From a virus: a stretch of DNA of 64,000 nucleotides. Position 1 is the first letter of the stretch, and every line of letters starts with the position of its first letter. The stretch is taken from IMG/VR virus record IMGVR_UViG_3300044639_001144; one strand, given 5' to 3'. A model generated the notes under the pieces. The model did no database searches, had not been told where the DNA came from, and worked only from the letters and a program-made list of their open reading frames with translations. Both the position numbers and the translations under genes were made by a program. Positions 49,401-58,900 of the stretch are shown piece by piece.

Positions 49401-49863
49401 AAACATTTCCTGCAATTAATAATTCACCAGTTACATTGGCACTACCTGTAACAAGGTTTGCATAACTAAGAATATTAATGGTTGTGTTATCGCCCGCACC
49501 AGAATCCGTGTAGACTGTCACAAATGCTGTTGAACTCTCGTCCCAAACGAAAGCTATGTTATTTGATGTACCACGTTGACCAATATAACCAATATCTAAT
49601 GTGGGGGAAGCTGTTTGGTTACTGGCTAATAGCAGTAAAGGATCTTCAATTGTTACGTTTGTTGTGTCAATTGCGGTAACATTACCAGAAACTGATAGGT
49701 TACCAGTAATTGTTAAGTCGGATCCGTATGTTAAATTGTTGGCAAGTAGAACTGAGGTCACCGAATAAGGCTGAACTTTAGTGTTCGCATTAATACCAAA
49801 ATATATATTTCCACTGATAGCATCAGTTATTTGATTATTATTAATTCTGGTTAGATTGCTCAT
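43417..49863 (-). CDS. Giant repetitive tail fibre (2148 aa) with a C-terminal chaperone domain
   Basis: GN-rich repeats; internal VANKQYVDSVAQGLDLKASV, GNTAQRP and FNGDGVTTAFTL modules; SALYADLAE C-terminal domain. Confidence 0.85.
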   Translation of the reverse strand: MSNLTRINNNQITDAISGNIYFGINANTKVQPYSVTSVLLANNLTYGSDLTITGNLSVSGNVTAIDTTNVTIEDPLLLLASNQTASPTLDIGYIGQRGTSNNIAFVWDESSTAFVTVYTDSGAGDNTTINILSYANLVTGSANVTGELLIAGNVSIGGNIVSPLNISGNITVGNIATTGQISSTGNITTANFLIGDGAYISNINAANVSATKISNGNSSANIGSVDSNLVITIANVLVSTFYNNGVDFTGNVSATGTATAGNLVAITDVSALGNIVANNAVNGNTLSLSGNVTSDLNVTSNITANNISAVNNLSATGNVYGNNVSATTDISAGGNVTAANFSTTGASGNITGANVIAATTLTATGNVYGANLLTAGLVSAVGNIQTANYFIGDGAYISNINAANVSSTKISNGNTYANIASVDGNLVIAVGASSNVVATFYDTGISFVGDVSTNAAINANSLSLSGNVTSALNVTGNVIAQYIVATTDVSALGNIVANSALNGNTLNLSGNVTSALNVTGNVAAGNIATPGVISSTGTVTVGNVSTSGFMTATGNVSAGNLISAADVSAVGGVYTGNVYSGNIISAAGNIITNQTFVGNAITGNTLIVTSTYAGLQFSVTGNINAGNTWITNVPDPVAALDVANKQYVDSVAQGLDLKASVAYATTGNIFGGGYTYNNGSSGVGATLTGAAVGNLTIDGTVVSAGERVLIKNEVGAFVNNTTQSAAFNGIYTVTTAGSPSVAYVLTRAIDFDIGTEMASSFTFVEYGSTQADTGWVCITNNPITVGTTQILWSQFSGAGQYTGGNAISVTGTVIDALYDGSTISRNGSNQLYIPANAPLVTPNIGDATGSSLSVTGSITGNVINATTFSVTGNLSAGNISVTNISLSGNVLGNLNVDNQITGNVINALTVVNTGNLSLSGNVTSTLNVTGNIISGNVVSVYDVSALGNIVSNNALNGNTLSLSGNVTSTLNVTGNVAAGNLVAVADVSAFGNIVSNNALNGNTLSLSGNVTSGLNVTGNVTSNNLFTTASVSAAGNITGGNILTGGDVSSSGNITGNLVSSVTVSASGNITGGNVLVGSGIISTSGNVTVGNIDTSGQMSALGNISTGNYFIGDGAYISNINAANVSSTKISNGGSYANIASADGNLVIAVGGGSNVVATFYDQGVTLLGNVDTNASINANQLSLSGNVVSNLSVSLDVTANNIYGITNVSVGGNVTSGNVSTGNVSASGNVLSGGEFSATGNVIAGNVLTVGEFSSTGNLTSGNILTAGIISSTGNIQSSTTFLVDTAANSVTLGANVTQTTGATLAINATDSMLLPVGNTAQRPGSPAIGMFRWNTSFSYLEVWNGSVWVDVSGSEFTIIQNEQFNGDGVTTAFTLGSSQTTDSCIVTINGIVQIPTTAYSVSGVDPTCVLTFTEAPVVGDTIDVREITTTTSVMSISNSSGNAVIGVTDSNANVAITGNLVVNSGNGFIYGDGTYLTNVGGGNVVASRIQSGNSQVNIASPGGDIYMAVGNSNVINVSATQITVTGNLNPNGNNTQSLGNSTNRWSNLWISGNTIFIGGSNITANATTLSFGGAPIVTQNANGNISGGNVTATTVSATGNIIGNYFVGNGATLSSIAGGNVTGTVANATYATSAGSATTAGSATTAATVTGNAQANVTSLGTLTSLSVTGNTTGGNLLTGGLISATGNVSGASLIGTIATASQTSITSVGTLGSLSVTGNTTGGNFTTAGTISVGGITLSGNLIVGVGPTLTIDPNGSGGTDGNVVITGNLTVNGTTTTINSNTISTNDLQINMANNAANSTAANNGGIEVGPVGSAYATLLYNTSANVWVSSLGISAVGNVSGASLIGTIATASQTSITSVGTLGSLAVTANITGGNLLTAGLISSTGAITGAALTGTNLTVSTGNITGGNLLLSGAITDSGQLDIQTSAANSNIVLTPNGTGNVNTGANVSVTGNVQAGNVRTAGLISATGNINGGNLSVGTGTITAGNIVNSNGNAVGNIGSSSNYFNRVFAQSTSALYADLAELYLADAEYAPGTVVSFGGELEVTGSTVASDAKVAGIVSTNPSYLMNSGLIGENVVAVALQGRVPCSVTGTVRKGDMLVSNGNGTARAEANPAVGTVIGKALADFTGENGIIEVVVGIR

Positions 49864-49904
49864 AAAATTCCCTATGTAGGAGTATTTATGTCAGATTGTT
49901 AAAT

Positions 49905-51548
49905 TCAATATCCGCCAGTCAATGCAGTTCTTTTCCAAGTATTTGTGGCTGTACAAACGTAGATATAATTAGTATCCCAACATATTTGCCCTATTGAACC
50001 TGTTGCATTTGATGCTTTTGTCTGTTGAGGAGATGTTAATAATCCGCCAACAGTAATGTTACCAGCAGCACTTACTGAATAATTTATATCAAAAGAACTT
50101 GAAGTCATTGTGGCAAATGTATTATTTGCTGTGGTAAACAGTATATTACCATAAGGAGTTACATTGATAGCACTATTTCCTGCACTATTAGTTAAATATG
50201 ATACTTGTGACAAGTAAGAAATAAAACGAATGTCTATTATATCTGTATTAAATGGGGTTTGAGTAAATGATATCGAATTACCAGTAACTGAATATGCGTT
50301 TCCTGGTTGCTGCCATACTCCGTTAATTGAAACCAATACGCTTGATGTAGTGGATTCTTGATTTAACGTAAATGTATTGCCAGTGCCATCCGGAGTAATT
50401 TGTTGATTAGAAATAGAACCAGGGGCAATAACATTACCACCCGCAACCCATTGTACACCATCATAAGTTTCCGCAGAATCTAATGTAATATTGAATCTTG
50501 TTGTTCCTGTTGGTGGACTAACTGGTCTTTGAGCAGTATTTCCAGATGGAAGTACTATGCCAGAATTTCCAGCAAATGCTATTAAATTTCCAGTTGAACT
50601 AAGGGTAGTATCTACGATAGTAATATTAGCAAGAGTAACATTGCCATTTACACTTAAATTGGCCAATGTTCCTAATGTTGTCAAACTACTAAAGATAACA
50701 TTACTAGATAATGTATTACCAATCAAAGAATTAGCATATGTAATAATACCAGTTAATTGACTACCGTTGCCAAGAATAAAGTTACCAGTTACGTTACCAG
50801 TCGCACTAATCAATCCAACTGTTAATATATTACCACTAGAAGTGTTTCCACTAACAGTCATTACATTAGTTGCTTGATCGAATGTGAATCCTGAACTTGC
50901 CCCTGCGTTACCACTATTGTTATATAATACCTGTGTATTTGCTCCAGGAACTGTTATGTTACCTGAAATGTTACCTATTAATGTACCAACAAAGAACCCC
51001 GATGTTGTAATATTACCAGTTGCACTGATTGTATTAGAAACTGCAACATTTCCCAATATACTAACACCAGTTGGAGTAAAGACAGCTACGTTACCAACAG
51101 TACTAACTGATATCGTTACATTAGCATTGGCTGTTGCAATATTTAAATTACTATCACCGTTTACTACATTAGAAACTGATGTAATAATACCAGTTAACTG
51201 TGATCCGTTGCCAAGTATAAAATTGCCGGTTATATTTCCAGTGGCTGAAACTACTCCTCCAGTGATAATGTTGCCACCAGTTACATTACTTGAAGCAGAA
51301 ACCAATCCACTTGTCAATAAGTTACCACCTGTAATATTACCTGAAACAGAAACAGATGATAAAGTTATAGAATTACTCCAAACTCTTGTGTTATTGGTTG
51401 ATATTGTTAAAATGCTGTTATCAGCACCTGCCCCAAGATTAGGTTCAGCTTCGCCTAATGCTAAAAATTCGTATCTAGTAGTACTAAGATTAGCATAAGA
51501 TACTACCGGAGAACGGCCGCTAAGAAGTTTTGTTGTGTTTATTGACAT
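49905..51548 (-). CDS. Tail fibre/adaptor protein (547 aa)
   Basis: Same repeats; GNTAQRP module, PDGTGNTFTL..VSINGVWQQP module, C-terminal GQICWDTNYIYVC..TNTWKR. Confidence 0.8.
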   Translation of the reverse strand: MSINTTKLLSGRSPVVSYANLSTTRYEFLALGEAEPNLGAGADNSILTISTNNTRVWSNSITLSSVSVSGNITGGNLLTSGLVSASSNVTGGNIITGGVVSATGNITGNFILGNGSQLTGIITSVSNVVNGDSNLNIATANANVTISVSTVGNVAVFTPTGVSILGNVAVSNTISATGNITTSGFFVGTLIGNISGNITVPGANTQVLYNNSGNAGASSGFTFDQATNVMTVSGNTSSGNILTVGLISATGNVTGNFILGNGSQLTGIITYANSLIGNTLSSNVIFSSLTTLGTLANLSVNGNVTLANITIVDTTLSSTGNLIAFAGNSGIVLPSGNTAQRPVSPPTGTTRFNITLDSAETYDGVQWVAGGNVIAPGSISNQQITPDGTGNTFTLNQESTTSSVLVSINGVWQQPGNAYSVTGNSISFTQTPFNTDIIDIRFISYLSQVSYLTNSAGNSAINVTPYGNILFTTANNTFATMTSSSFDINYSVSAAGNITVGGLLTSPQQTKASNATGSIGQICWDTNYIYVCTATNTWKRTALTGGY

Positions 51549-51549
51549 A

Positions 51550-51894
51550 TTATGCTGTTAATGTTTCTAGAAAACTCAAAACTAATTGTGCGCTAGTATT
51601 GGCGCTTGCAGAAAGTTGCAATGAATCTCCGTACTGTAAAATTAATCTACCAGTAAGAATACTAGCGGCATCATCAACTGGAATACTATAGTTGTTAATC
51701 AACGAAGTAGAAGCTGTTACATTACCAGTAGTTCTACTTATACCAGCAGAAACTTCAACTGTGCTACCTCCGGTATTACTAACTTGCGCCAATAACACTA
51801 CTGTAGCATATCCCAACGGAGGAGTATATACCGTTGTTGTAGTAGTCGTAACATTTGCTAAAGTTGTTTTAAATAAATTTAATGCGCCTGACAT
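51550..51894 (-). CDS. Small beta-sandwich virion adaptor (114 aa)
   Basis: LNLFKT..TTVYTPP...VVLLAQVSN...GRLILQYGDSL..LVLSFLET, a pattern seen in small T4-like fibre-associated proteins. Confidence 0.7.
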   Translation of the reverse strand: MSGALNLFKTTLANVTTTTTTVYTPPLGYATVVLLAQVSNTGGSTVEVSAGISRTTGNVTASTSLINNYSIPVDDAASILTGRLILQYGDSLQLSASANTSAQLVLSFLETLTA

Positions 51895-51915
51895 AATTTT
51901 TCCTTGTTTTGCTGG

Positions 51916-53559
51916 TTAATCGCCTGATATAGCTAAAATGTACGGTGTCATTTGAGCAAATAAACTTTTGTAAAAAGCGTCACCCGTGATAGTTGCTGTT
52001 GCTTGATTAACAATAAATCCGTCACCTACTTTAAAGTTACCTTTTTGATCAGTACTTGTATAAGTTATGACCGCGCCATTTGTGGACACTACTTCATTTG
52101 CTTCAATAGGAATGCCACCATATTGCGGTAATGCAGTGGCAGGATCCGTTCCCGCGCCCACGTACTCAAACGTATGTGCTGAAGCAATAATACTACTGCG
52201 AGTGTAAAATGATATTCCTGTACCGGGAGCAGCATTACCTAAGTATGTTTGCTGTACGCTGACTGTGCTATTTCCTACTCCTGGAATATTAGGAAGAATA
52301 ATGTCAATGGTATAATATTCTGGATCTCCGTCTATTAGTACGACGGTGTTAACATGAGGTTGACCATTAGATAAATTGTCAATAACAAATGTTCCTTGGA
52401 ATTGACTTACAATATTTCCAGAAGTTTGAAGTGGCCCTACGCCGTCAGCCACCAATCCATAGTTGCCTATTGAACAATCTGATCCGTTAAGAGTAATGAA
52501 TGATCCTGATTCAACTTTGACTCCAATATCACAGGCAATTGTATAAATGTTAACTGATTGACTATATGCCGAATTTACAAGATGTATTCCTATACCACCT
52601 CTATTGATAATGGTAAAAAAACCTACAATCATTGCTTTAGTTCCAATACACACATCACCATCAACATACACGGCAGTTCCAGTGGTAGTACTTGAGGTAA
52701 GGTTTTGAATATATGGACTAACAAAAGCTGTAGTTACAGTAGTTGGATCATAACTAAATGCTTTACCAGTATAATCCCGTACAGTTACACCCCATACATA
52801 ACTTCCGCCCGACATGTAAAACATATCACTGCTTGTTACGGTTGGTTTTATGAATACATTTCTTAAATTGTCGCCCATTAATGCTGTATTAGGTGGAATA
52901 GTAATAGGCATATCTTCAACATACGTACCAGGAGCAACGTGAATCGATACGTTGCCTCCTAACCCAGCTGCCATATTCATAGCACTTTCAATTGTTAACA
53001 AAGGGGTTGTTAATCCACCTGTATTATCGTCGTTACCATTTTTTGCTACATATATGATATTAGCACTAGCAGAAGTAATATTTATATTGGCATTAATATT
53101 TTGTGCTGTGACATTACCAGAAACACTAAGATTTCCTGCCAATAACATTAAATTTGTACTTGTGTTAAATGTTAAATTAGAATTGCCACCAAATACACCA
53201 TTAGCGTTAAACTGAATAGCTGTATCTGGACCTGCCGGAGGAGTATTAATATTAGCATAAGCTGTTATGGGCGCACCGTTTGACGTAACACTATTACTAG
53301 TTTGCCATGCATTAACAAGTGTATCAAACCGTAATCCAGCAAATGTGTTAGCACCAGTTTGCCCTAATAATCCCATATCAGTAATTGCACCAGTATTATT
53401 AGCCGCTACTGTTATAAAAGGATCAGTTGTAACTGTTGGAACAGTATAAATTACATTACCATTGAAAACTGTTTGAGCATTTACTGTAAAAATGCCATTT
53501 CCGGCTGGAGTGCCCACATTCAATGTATAGTCAGTATTGATATTTTTAACCGAAGCCAT
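51916..53559 (-). CDS. Beta-helix (pectin-lyase-like) tailspike/structural protein
   Basis: IYVAKNGNDDNTG..TTPLLTI..A, IHVAPGTYVE..PI.IP....LMGDNLR (DUF1565-like entry into a beta-helix). Confidence 0.75.
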   Translation of the reverse strand: MASVKNINTDYTLNVGTPAGNGIFTVNAQTVFNGNVIYTVPTVTTDPFITVAANNTGAITDMGLLGQTGANTFAGLRFDTLVNAWQTSNSVTSNGAPITAYANINTPPAGPDTAIQFNANGVFGGNSNLTFNTSTNLMLLAGNLSVSGNVTAQNINANINITSASANIIYVAKNGNDDNTGGLTTPLLTIESAMNMAAGLGGNVSIHVAPGTYVEDMPITIPPNTALMGDNLRNVFIKPTVTSSDMFYMSGGSYVWGVTVRDYTGKAFSYDPTTVTTAFVSPYIQNLTSSTTTGTAVYVDGDVCIGTKAMIVGFFTIINRGGIGIHLVNSAYSQSVNIYTIACDIGVKVESGSFITLNGSDCSIGNYGLVADGVGPLQTSGNIVSQFQGTFVIDNLSNGQPHVNTVVLIDGDPEYYTIDIILPNIPGVGNSTVSVQQTYLGNAAPGTGISFYTRSSIIASAHTFEYVGAGTDPATALPQYGGIPIEANEVVSTNGAVITYTSTDQKGNFKVGDGFIVNQATATITGDAFYKSLFAQMTPYILAISGD

Positions 53560-53610
53560 TAGTCCGAATCCTTTTTATTATTTATGTTGAAATACAAATG
53601 CTCTATCCAT

Positions 53611-53639
53611 AAAAAATCCCCTGTTTTACCAAGGGATTA
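53611..53639 (-). terminator. Intrinsic terminator
   Basis: AATCCCTTG-GTAAAA-CAGGGGATT followed by TTTT; an ATAAATA box follows at 53579-53585. Confidence 0.8.
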
Positions 53640-53730
53640 AACTTAACTAATTAAGTCTGCGTACACAGGCTGTATAATCTTACCTAATTACGAGTATACC
53701 GTGTCTACGTAGGACTCAGCTGTTATAATA

Positions 53731-54645
53731 TTACGGATTACTTGGTACTTTAGCCATTGTAATATTACCAACACTATCAGTAAATGTAATAGCATCAGCA
53801 CCAGATTTAACTACAGAAATAGGTAGACTTCCCACAGTAAATGTTAATCCACGTGTATTTCCTGCTGTAGTAACAATATTAGCTCCACCCACAGTGTCAG
53901 ACAATGTAAATGTTGATGTACCGTTAGTAGTTGTAACAAAATATGTAGTAGGGTCTGAATAACCAACAAGTGTAGCATTACCAGTTAAATTTCCGGCAAC
54001 AATAATCGGAGCATTTGCTAAAATAGTAGTAGCAACAGTACTAAATGTACCTGCATTGCCAGTAACTGTTGTAGTTCCTAGTGTAATATTACCGGCTGGA
54101 TCAAAAAAGTTTAAGAAATACTGAGTAGCATTGTTATTAACAATAACTCCATCTACTTGATCAGCTGTGCTAAATCCAACACCATACTTGTTGTTGATAC
54201 GCGACATATATGTTACTGTAACATTGCCAGTACCATCAGGAACACTAACTCCAACACTCATTTGATTAACTGTTAACGCACCATTTGCAACGTTAGCTAG
54301 ATAAGCAACCCCAGTTACGCCAGAAGTTTCTCCTGTAACTAAGAATTTACTTGCGCCTTTTTGACGAGTAATAAATGCTGCTTCGTTTTGTGTACCATCA
54401 ATATTAGCTGAAACTGTAATTACTGGAAATGTAGCCGAACCACCAGCCATTGTAGCATTACCATTGTTCCAACCTGTTTGTGAATTTTGTACATTACCAC
54501 CGACAATACCGTAGTAATTACTGTCTGTTAGTCCTGTTGGAGTAACAGCATTGTCTAGTGTACCAATTTGCGGATAACCTGCGTTAACTGCATCACCTGG
54601 AGTAGCAGCATAACCTTGTTTTTGAATTTTTAAAGCACGACCCAT
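53731..54645 (-). CDS. Putative abundant virion decoration protein (304 aa)
   Basis: MGRALKI N-terminus and ITRQKGASKFLV; monocistronic with its own late promoter, structured leader and terminator. Confidence 0.6.
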   Translation of the reverse strand: MGRALKIQKQGYAATPGDAVNAGYPQIGTLDNAVTPTGLTDSNYYGIVGGNVQNSQTGWNNGNATMAGGSATFPVITVSANIDGTQNEAAFITRQKGASKFLVTGETSGVTGVAYLANVANGALTVNQMSVGVSVPDGTGNVTVTYMSRINNKYGVGFSTADQVDGVIVNNNATQYFLNFFDPAGNITLGTTTVTGNAGTFSTVATTILANAPIIVAGNLTGNATLVGYSDPTTYFVTTTNGTSTFTLSDTVGGANIVTTAGNTRGLTFTVGSLPISVVKSGADAITFTDSVGNITMAKVPSNP

Positions 54646-54726
54646 TGAATTTCCTTTGTTTTAGTTGTAGGTTCTATTCTACTACGGGGGGATAAGACCC
54701 CATAAAACGCATTATTACGTTACTAT

Positions 54727-54777
54727 TATTTATTGAAACATGAATTTTTTAAACAGCACACTAAATGACAGTAAATA
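54727..54777. promoter_or_regulatory. Divergent late promoters (ATAAATA minus 54727-54733; GTAAATA plus 54771-54777)
   Basis: The plus-strand box is 5 nt upstream of the ATG at 54783. Confidence 0.6.
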
Positions 54778-54782
54778 TCACC

Positions 54783-55934
54783 ATGACTCCTGACGAATAT
54801 CTAGCACATGGTAATAATTTTCGTTCATTAACTGAACCTGAAAAAGCACTAGCTTGCTACGCACAAGCATTTATAAAAAATCCCAAGATGGGATCTGCCT
54901 ATAACAATTATGGTAACGTAGTACGTGAAATGGGTTATCCTGAACAGGCAATTGGCTTCTTACTTAATGCAATTGCCATTGATCCAAAGGATACTGTTGC
55001 TCAATTCAATCTTGCTGTAGCATATTTGCTGTCAGGCGATCTTGAACGTGGATGGAAACAGTATGAAAAACGCTGGAGTTTTGAACATTTAGACGGTAAA
55101 TTGCCACAATTTCAAAAGCCACGATGGGAAGGGCAGGATTTAACTGGAAAAACTATACTTGTAACTGGTGAACAAGGTCATGGCGACAATATACAGTTTT
55201 GTCGTTTTGCCGAACAGCTTGTACATGCGGGTGCGAAAGTGTACATCAGTGTAGACAATAATTTACGTCCATTATTTTTGGCATCATTTTTAAATGCTGT
55301 TACAATATTAGCACCAGAAGATTTACTTCCTGAGTTTGATTACTGGACTCCGATTATGAGTATACCTGGATTTTTAGGCATTACCTATGATAATTTGCCC
55401 TACAAATTACAGTATCTTAATCCCAGTGCAGCAACAGTTCAAACTTGGGCTAAAAGATTAGGTTTAAAAAATCGTTTACGAGTTGGGTTTTGCTGGAGTG
55501 GTCGTAAAGATAGCTGGATTAATCAACACAAAGCAGTACCTTTTGAGAAAATGTTAGCTTTAATACAACGAAATCCTGATTATGAATGGCTTAATCTTCA
55601 GGCTGAATGTAGTTCTGATGAAGAAGCCAAATTAGTCGCAGCGGGAGTAAAAGCATATCCTGCTAGTATTGGCAATTGGGATGATACTGCTGGATTAATG
55701 CAACATCTAGACGTTGTAATAGCAGTAGATACTTCAGTGGGACATTTAGCAGGAGCTATGGGCAGACCATTTTGGTTACCGCTCAATAAATTTGGGCAAG
55801 ATTGGCGTTGGTTACTTGACAGAAATGATAGTCCTTGGTATGGATCATGCCGCATATTCCGTCAACCTACAATTGGCAACTGGGACGATCCACTTGAACA
55901 AATTCACAATAATCTAAAGCTGTTTAAGATTTAA
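54783..55934 (+). CDS. TPR-repeat plus GT-B (family 9-like) glycosyltransferase
   Basis: About three TPRs (AYNNYGNV, AQFNLAVAYL), WEGQDLTGKTILVTGEQGHGDNIQFCRF, LDVVIAVDTSVGHLAGAMG, DWRWL..R.DSPWY...IFRQ; start moved to 54783. Confidence 0.88.
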   Translation: MTPDEYLAHGNNFRSLTEPEKALACYAQAFIKNPKMGSAYNNYGNVVREMGYPEQAIGFLLNAIAIDPKDTVAQFNLAVAYLLSGDLERGWKQYEKRWSFEHLDGKLPQFQKPRWEGQDLTGKTILVTGEQGHGDNIQFCRFAEQLVHAGAKVYISVDNNLRPLFLASFLNAVTILAPEDLLPEFDYWTPIMSIPGFLGITYDNLPYKLQYLNPSAATVQTWAKRLGLKNRLRVGFCWSGRKDSWINQHKAVPFEKMLALIQRNPDYEWLNLQAECSSDEEAKLVAAGVKAYPASIGNWDDTAGLMQHLDVVIAVDTSVGHLAGAMGRPFWLPLNKFGQDWRWLLDRNDSPWYGSCRIFRQPTIGNWDDPLEQIHNNLKLFKI

Positions 55935-55990
55935 TGTAGTAAAATTATACTAATTCAAATAAATACTTCATAATAACAAGGAGTGTTAAA

Positions 55991-58900
55991 ATGGCTGATG
56001 GTAATTTTGATAATGTATCCGCAACGGGTAATATACTAGCTGATGGTTATATTTCAGCAGCAGGAAATGTAACAGCAGAAGGATTATTGTTTAATAGTCC
56101 AACTACTGCTAATATCAGTGTAGGCAATATTGGTGTATACGATAATTTAAATATGTCTGGCACATTGTCAACTAGTGGCAACGTGACAGCAGCTAGAATA
56201 ACAGGTAATCTTGTTACAGGAAATCAGCCTAATATCACTAACGTCGGCACATTATCTAGCTTGACCGTGTCAGGTAATGCCACTTCCGGTAATGTATTAA
56301 CATCAGGCGTTATTAGTTCAACCGGCAATGCTAGACATGGCAATGTAACAGCAGGAATTGTTTCTGCAAATACTGTACTAGCCAATGCCATAACATTTAA
56401 CAGTCCAACTACAGCTAATATTGATGTTGGCAACCTTGCGTTGTATAGTAATTTAAATATGACCGGAGCTATATCTACTAGTGGTAATATTACTGGTGCT
56501 AGATTTATTGGTAATTTATTCACAGCAAATCAACCTAATATCACTAACGTTGGAACATTAACTAGTTTAACAGTAAGTGGTAATGCTACAGCTGGTAATG
56601 TATTAACGGCAGGCGTTGTTAGTTCAACTGGTAACGCGACACATGGTAATGTAGCAGCAGGAATTGTTTCCGCAAATGCTGTATTAACCAATACCATAAC
56701 ATTTAACAGTCCAACCACTGCTAACATTAGTGTTGGCAATCTTGCGTTATATAGTAATTTAAATATGACTGGCTCTGTGTCAGCTGCTGGAAATATTAGA
56801 GGCAACTATTTTCTAGGAAATGGTTACTACTTGACAGGCATAAGTGGTGTAGCAAGTACCTATGGAAATAGTAATGTAGCAGCTTACTTACCTACATATA
56901 CAGGTAATTTAACAGCAAACGTTATATCAACAACCGGTAATATTACTGGAAGTTACATTTTTGGCAATGGAAGTCAGCTAACTGGTATTACTACTAGCTA
57001 TGGAAATGCAAATACTGCTGGTTTCTTAGCAAACTTTGGTTCCAACACAATTAGTACGACAGGATCAATCAGCGCCGGCGATGTTACTTTAAATAATCTT
57101 TACTCTCCTAATTATTTTGCTAATGCTGTAGCGTTTGCTAATGCTACCGGTTATATTACTACTTCTAGTTTATTCAAGTATAATTCCGGAACAGAAGTTC
57201 TTACAGTAGGCGCTGTATCTGCTACAGGCAATATCACTGCTAATTATTTCGTTGGTAATGGAAGTCAATTAACTGATCTTCCAGCCGGTTATTCAAATGC
57301 TGATGTTTCTACATATCTCGCAAATAGCAATGTAGTAATTTCAACAACTGGTAATATCACTGCTAATTATTTCGTTGGTAATGGAAGTCAATTAACTGAT
57401 CTTCCAGCCGGTTATTCAAATGCTGATGTTTCTACATATCTCGCAAATAGCAATGTAGTAATTTCAACAACTGGTAATATTACCGGAAGTTATATTCTAG
57501 GTAATGGAAGTCAATTAACTGGTCTGCCATCTGGTAGCGGTAACACAGGCAATGTTACATTTGATGATGTCAACATCATTGGCACAGGAAACTTAAACCT
57601 ACAACCAAACGGTGCCAGCAATGAGTATTTAAATATTTACTTGACTGGGAACGCGGATATACATGTAGCAGCTGGTGGTGGCGTTGGTAATGTAATTTTG
57701 GGCACAGATGAACAAGCCAATGTTGCTGTTTTACAGGATGGCAATGTGGCCATACAGGCTGGTAATGTCAGTGGCACAAAGACTTGGAACTTTGACATTA
57801 CTGGTAACTTGACCTTGCCATTGAATAGTGTTGTTTATGAAACCAACATTCCAGACGGCGGACTTAGCGGCAGTGCTATTGCTTTAAAGCCAACAGGTGG
57901 AACAAATGCTGATCAACAGTTATTAATTTATCCAACCACTAATGATGCCAATCACCTACACTTGACTTCGGGCAACTTATACAGCACAGAATTGTTCTTT
58001 GGTAGTGATAACTTGTATGTGAAATTAGCAAATACAGGCAACGTTGTAATTAATAGTAATGATGGCATTGGCAATAGTGCTCAATGGACATTTGATACCA
58101 CTGGCAATTTAACATTACCAGGCAATACTTTCGCAGTTAACTATGCTAATGGTACTCAAGTATCAATCAGTGGTGGCAATGCTAGTACAGGTAATGTAAC
58201 ATTTGATAATAACATTGTAGTAGGTACAGGCGATGAATTCGGCGGCAGTGGATTGTATTTGGCTCCTGGCGCTAACAGCTCAGGCAATTTACAATATATT
58301 CGTGTGCGTGGTGGTGATGTTGTCACACACATACATTTAGATACCGGAAACAATGCTTATTTTGACCAATACTTTGGCGATGATGGCAAGTATGTTAAGT
58401 TAGCAAATACCGGTAATATTGAAATCAGAAGTGATGATGCCACCGGTAACGCAGCTCAATGGACATTTGATACCACTGGCAATTTAACATTACCAGGCAA
58501 CACTTTCGCAGTTAACTATGCTAATGGTACTCAAGTATCAATCGGTGGTGGCGGCAACACTGACTGGGCTAACATTGGTAATATCAACAATGTCAATGGC
58601 CCAACAAAAATAGCAGTTGGCGCTAATGCCGGACTGACCACACAAGGTGCATATTCTGTGGCCGTTGGCGAGAGTGCTGGCTCAAATAATCAAGGCTATG
58701 GGGGAGTGGCCGTTGGTAACTATGCTGGTTCTAACACACAAGGCGATTATGCAGTGGCCATTGGCGCCGATGCCGGACAAACCACACAAGGTGCTGGTGC
58801 AGTGGCCATTGGTAAAGATGCTGGAACAACCACACAAGGCGAATACGCAGTGGCCATTGGTCAAGATGCTGGAACAACCACACAAGGCGAATACGCAGTG

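Noticed and set aside
28263-53449. Many long plus-strand ORFs rich in Pro/Val/Leu (e.g. 37250..38881, 40256..41539; also 62510..63550)
   Set aside because: They are antisense shadows of Gly/Asn/Thr repeat codons in the fibre genes, with no SD or promoter support and no independent motifs.
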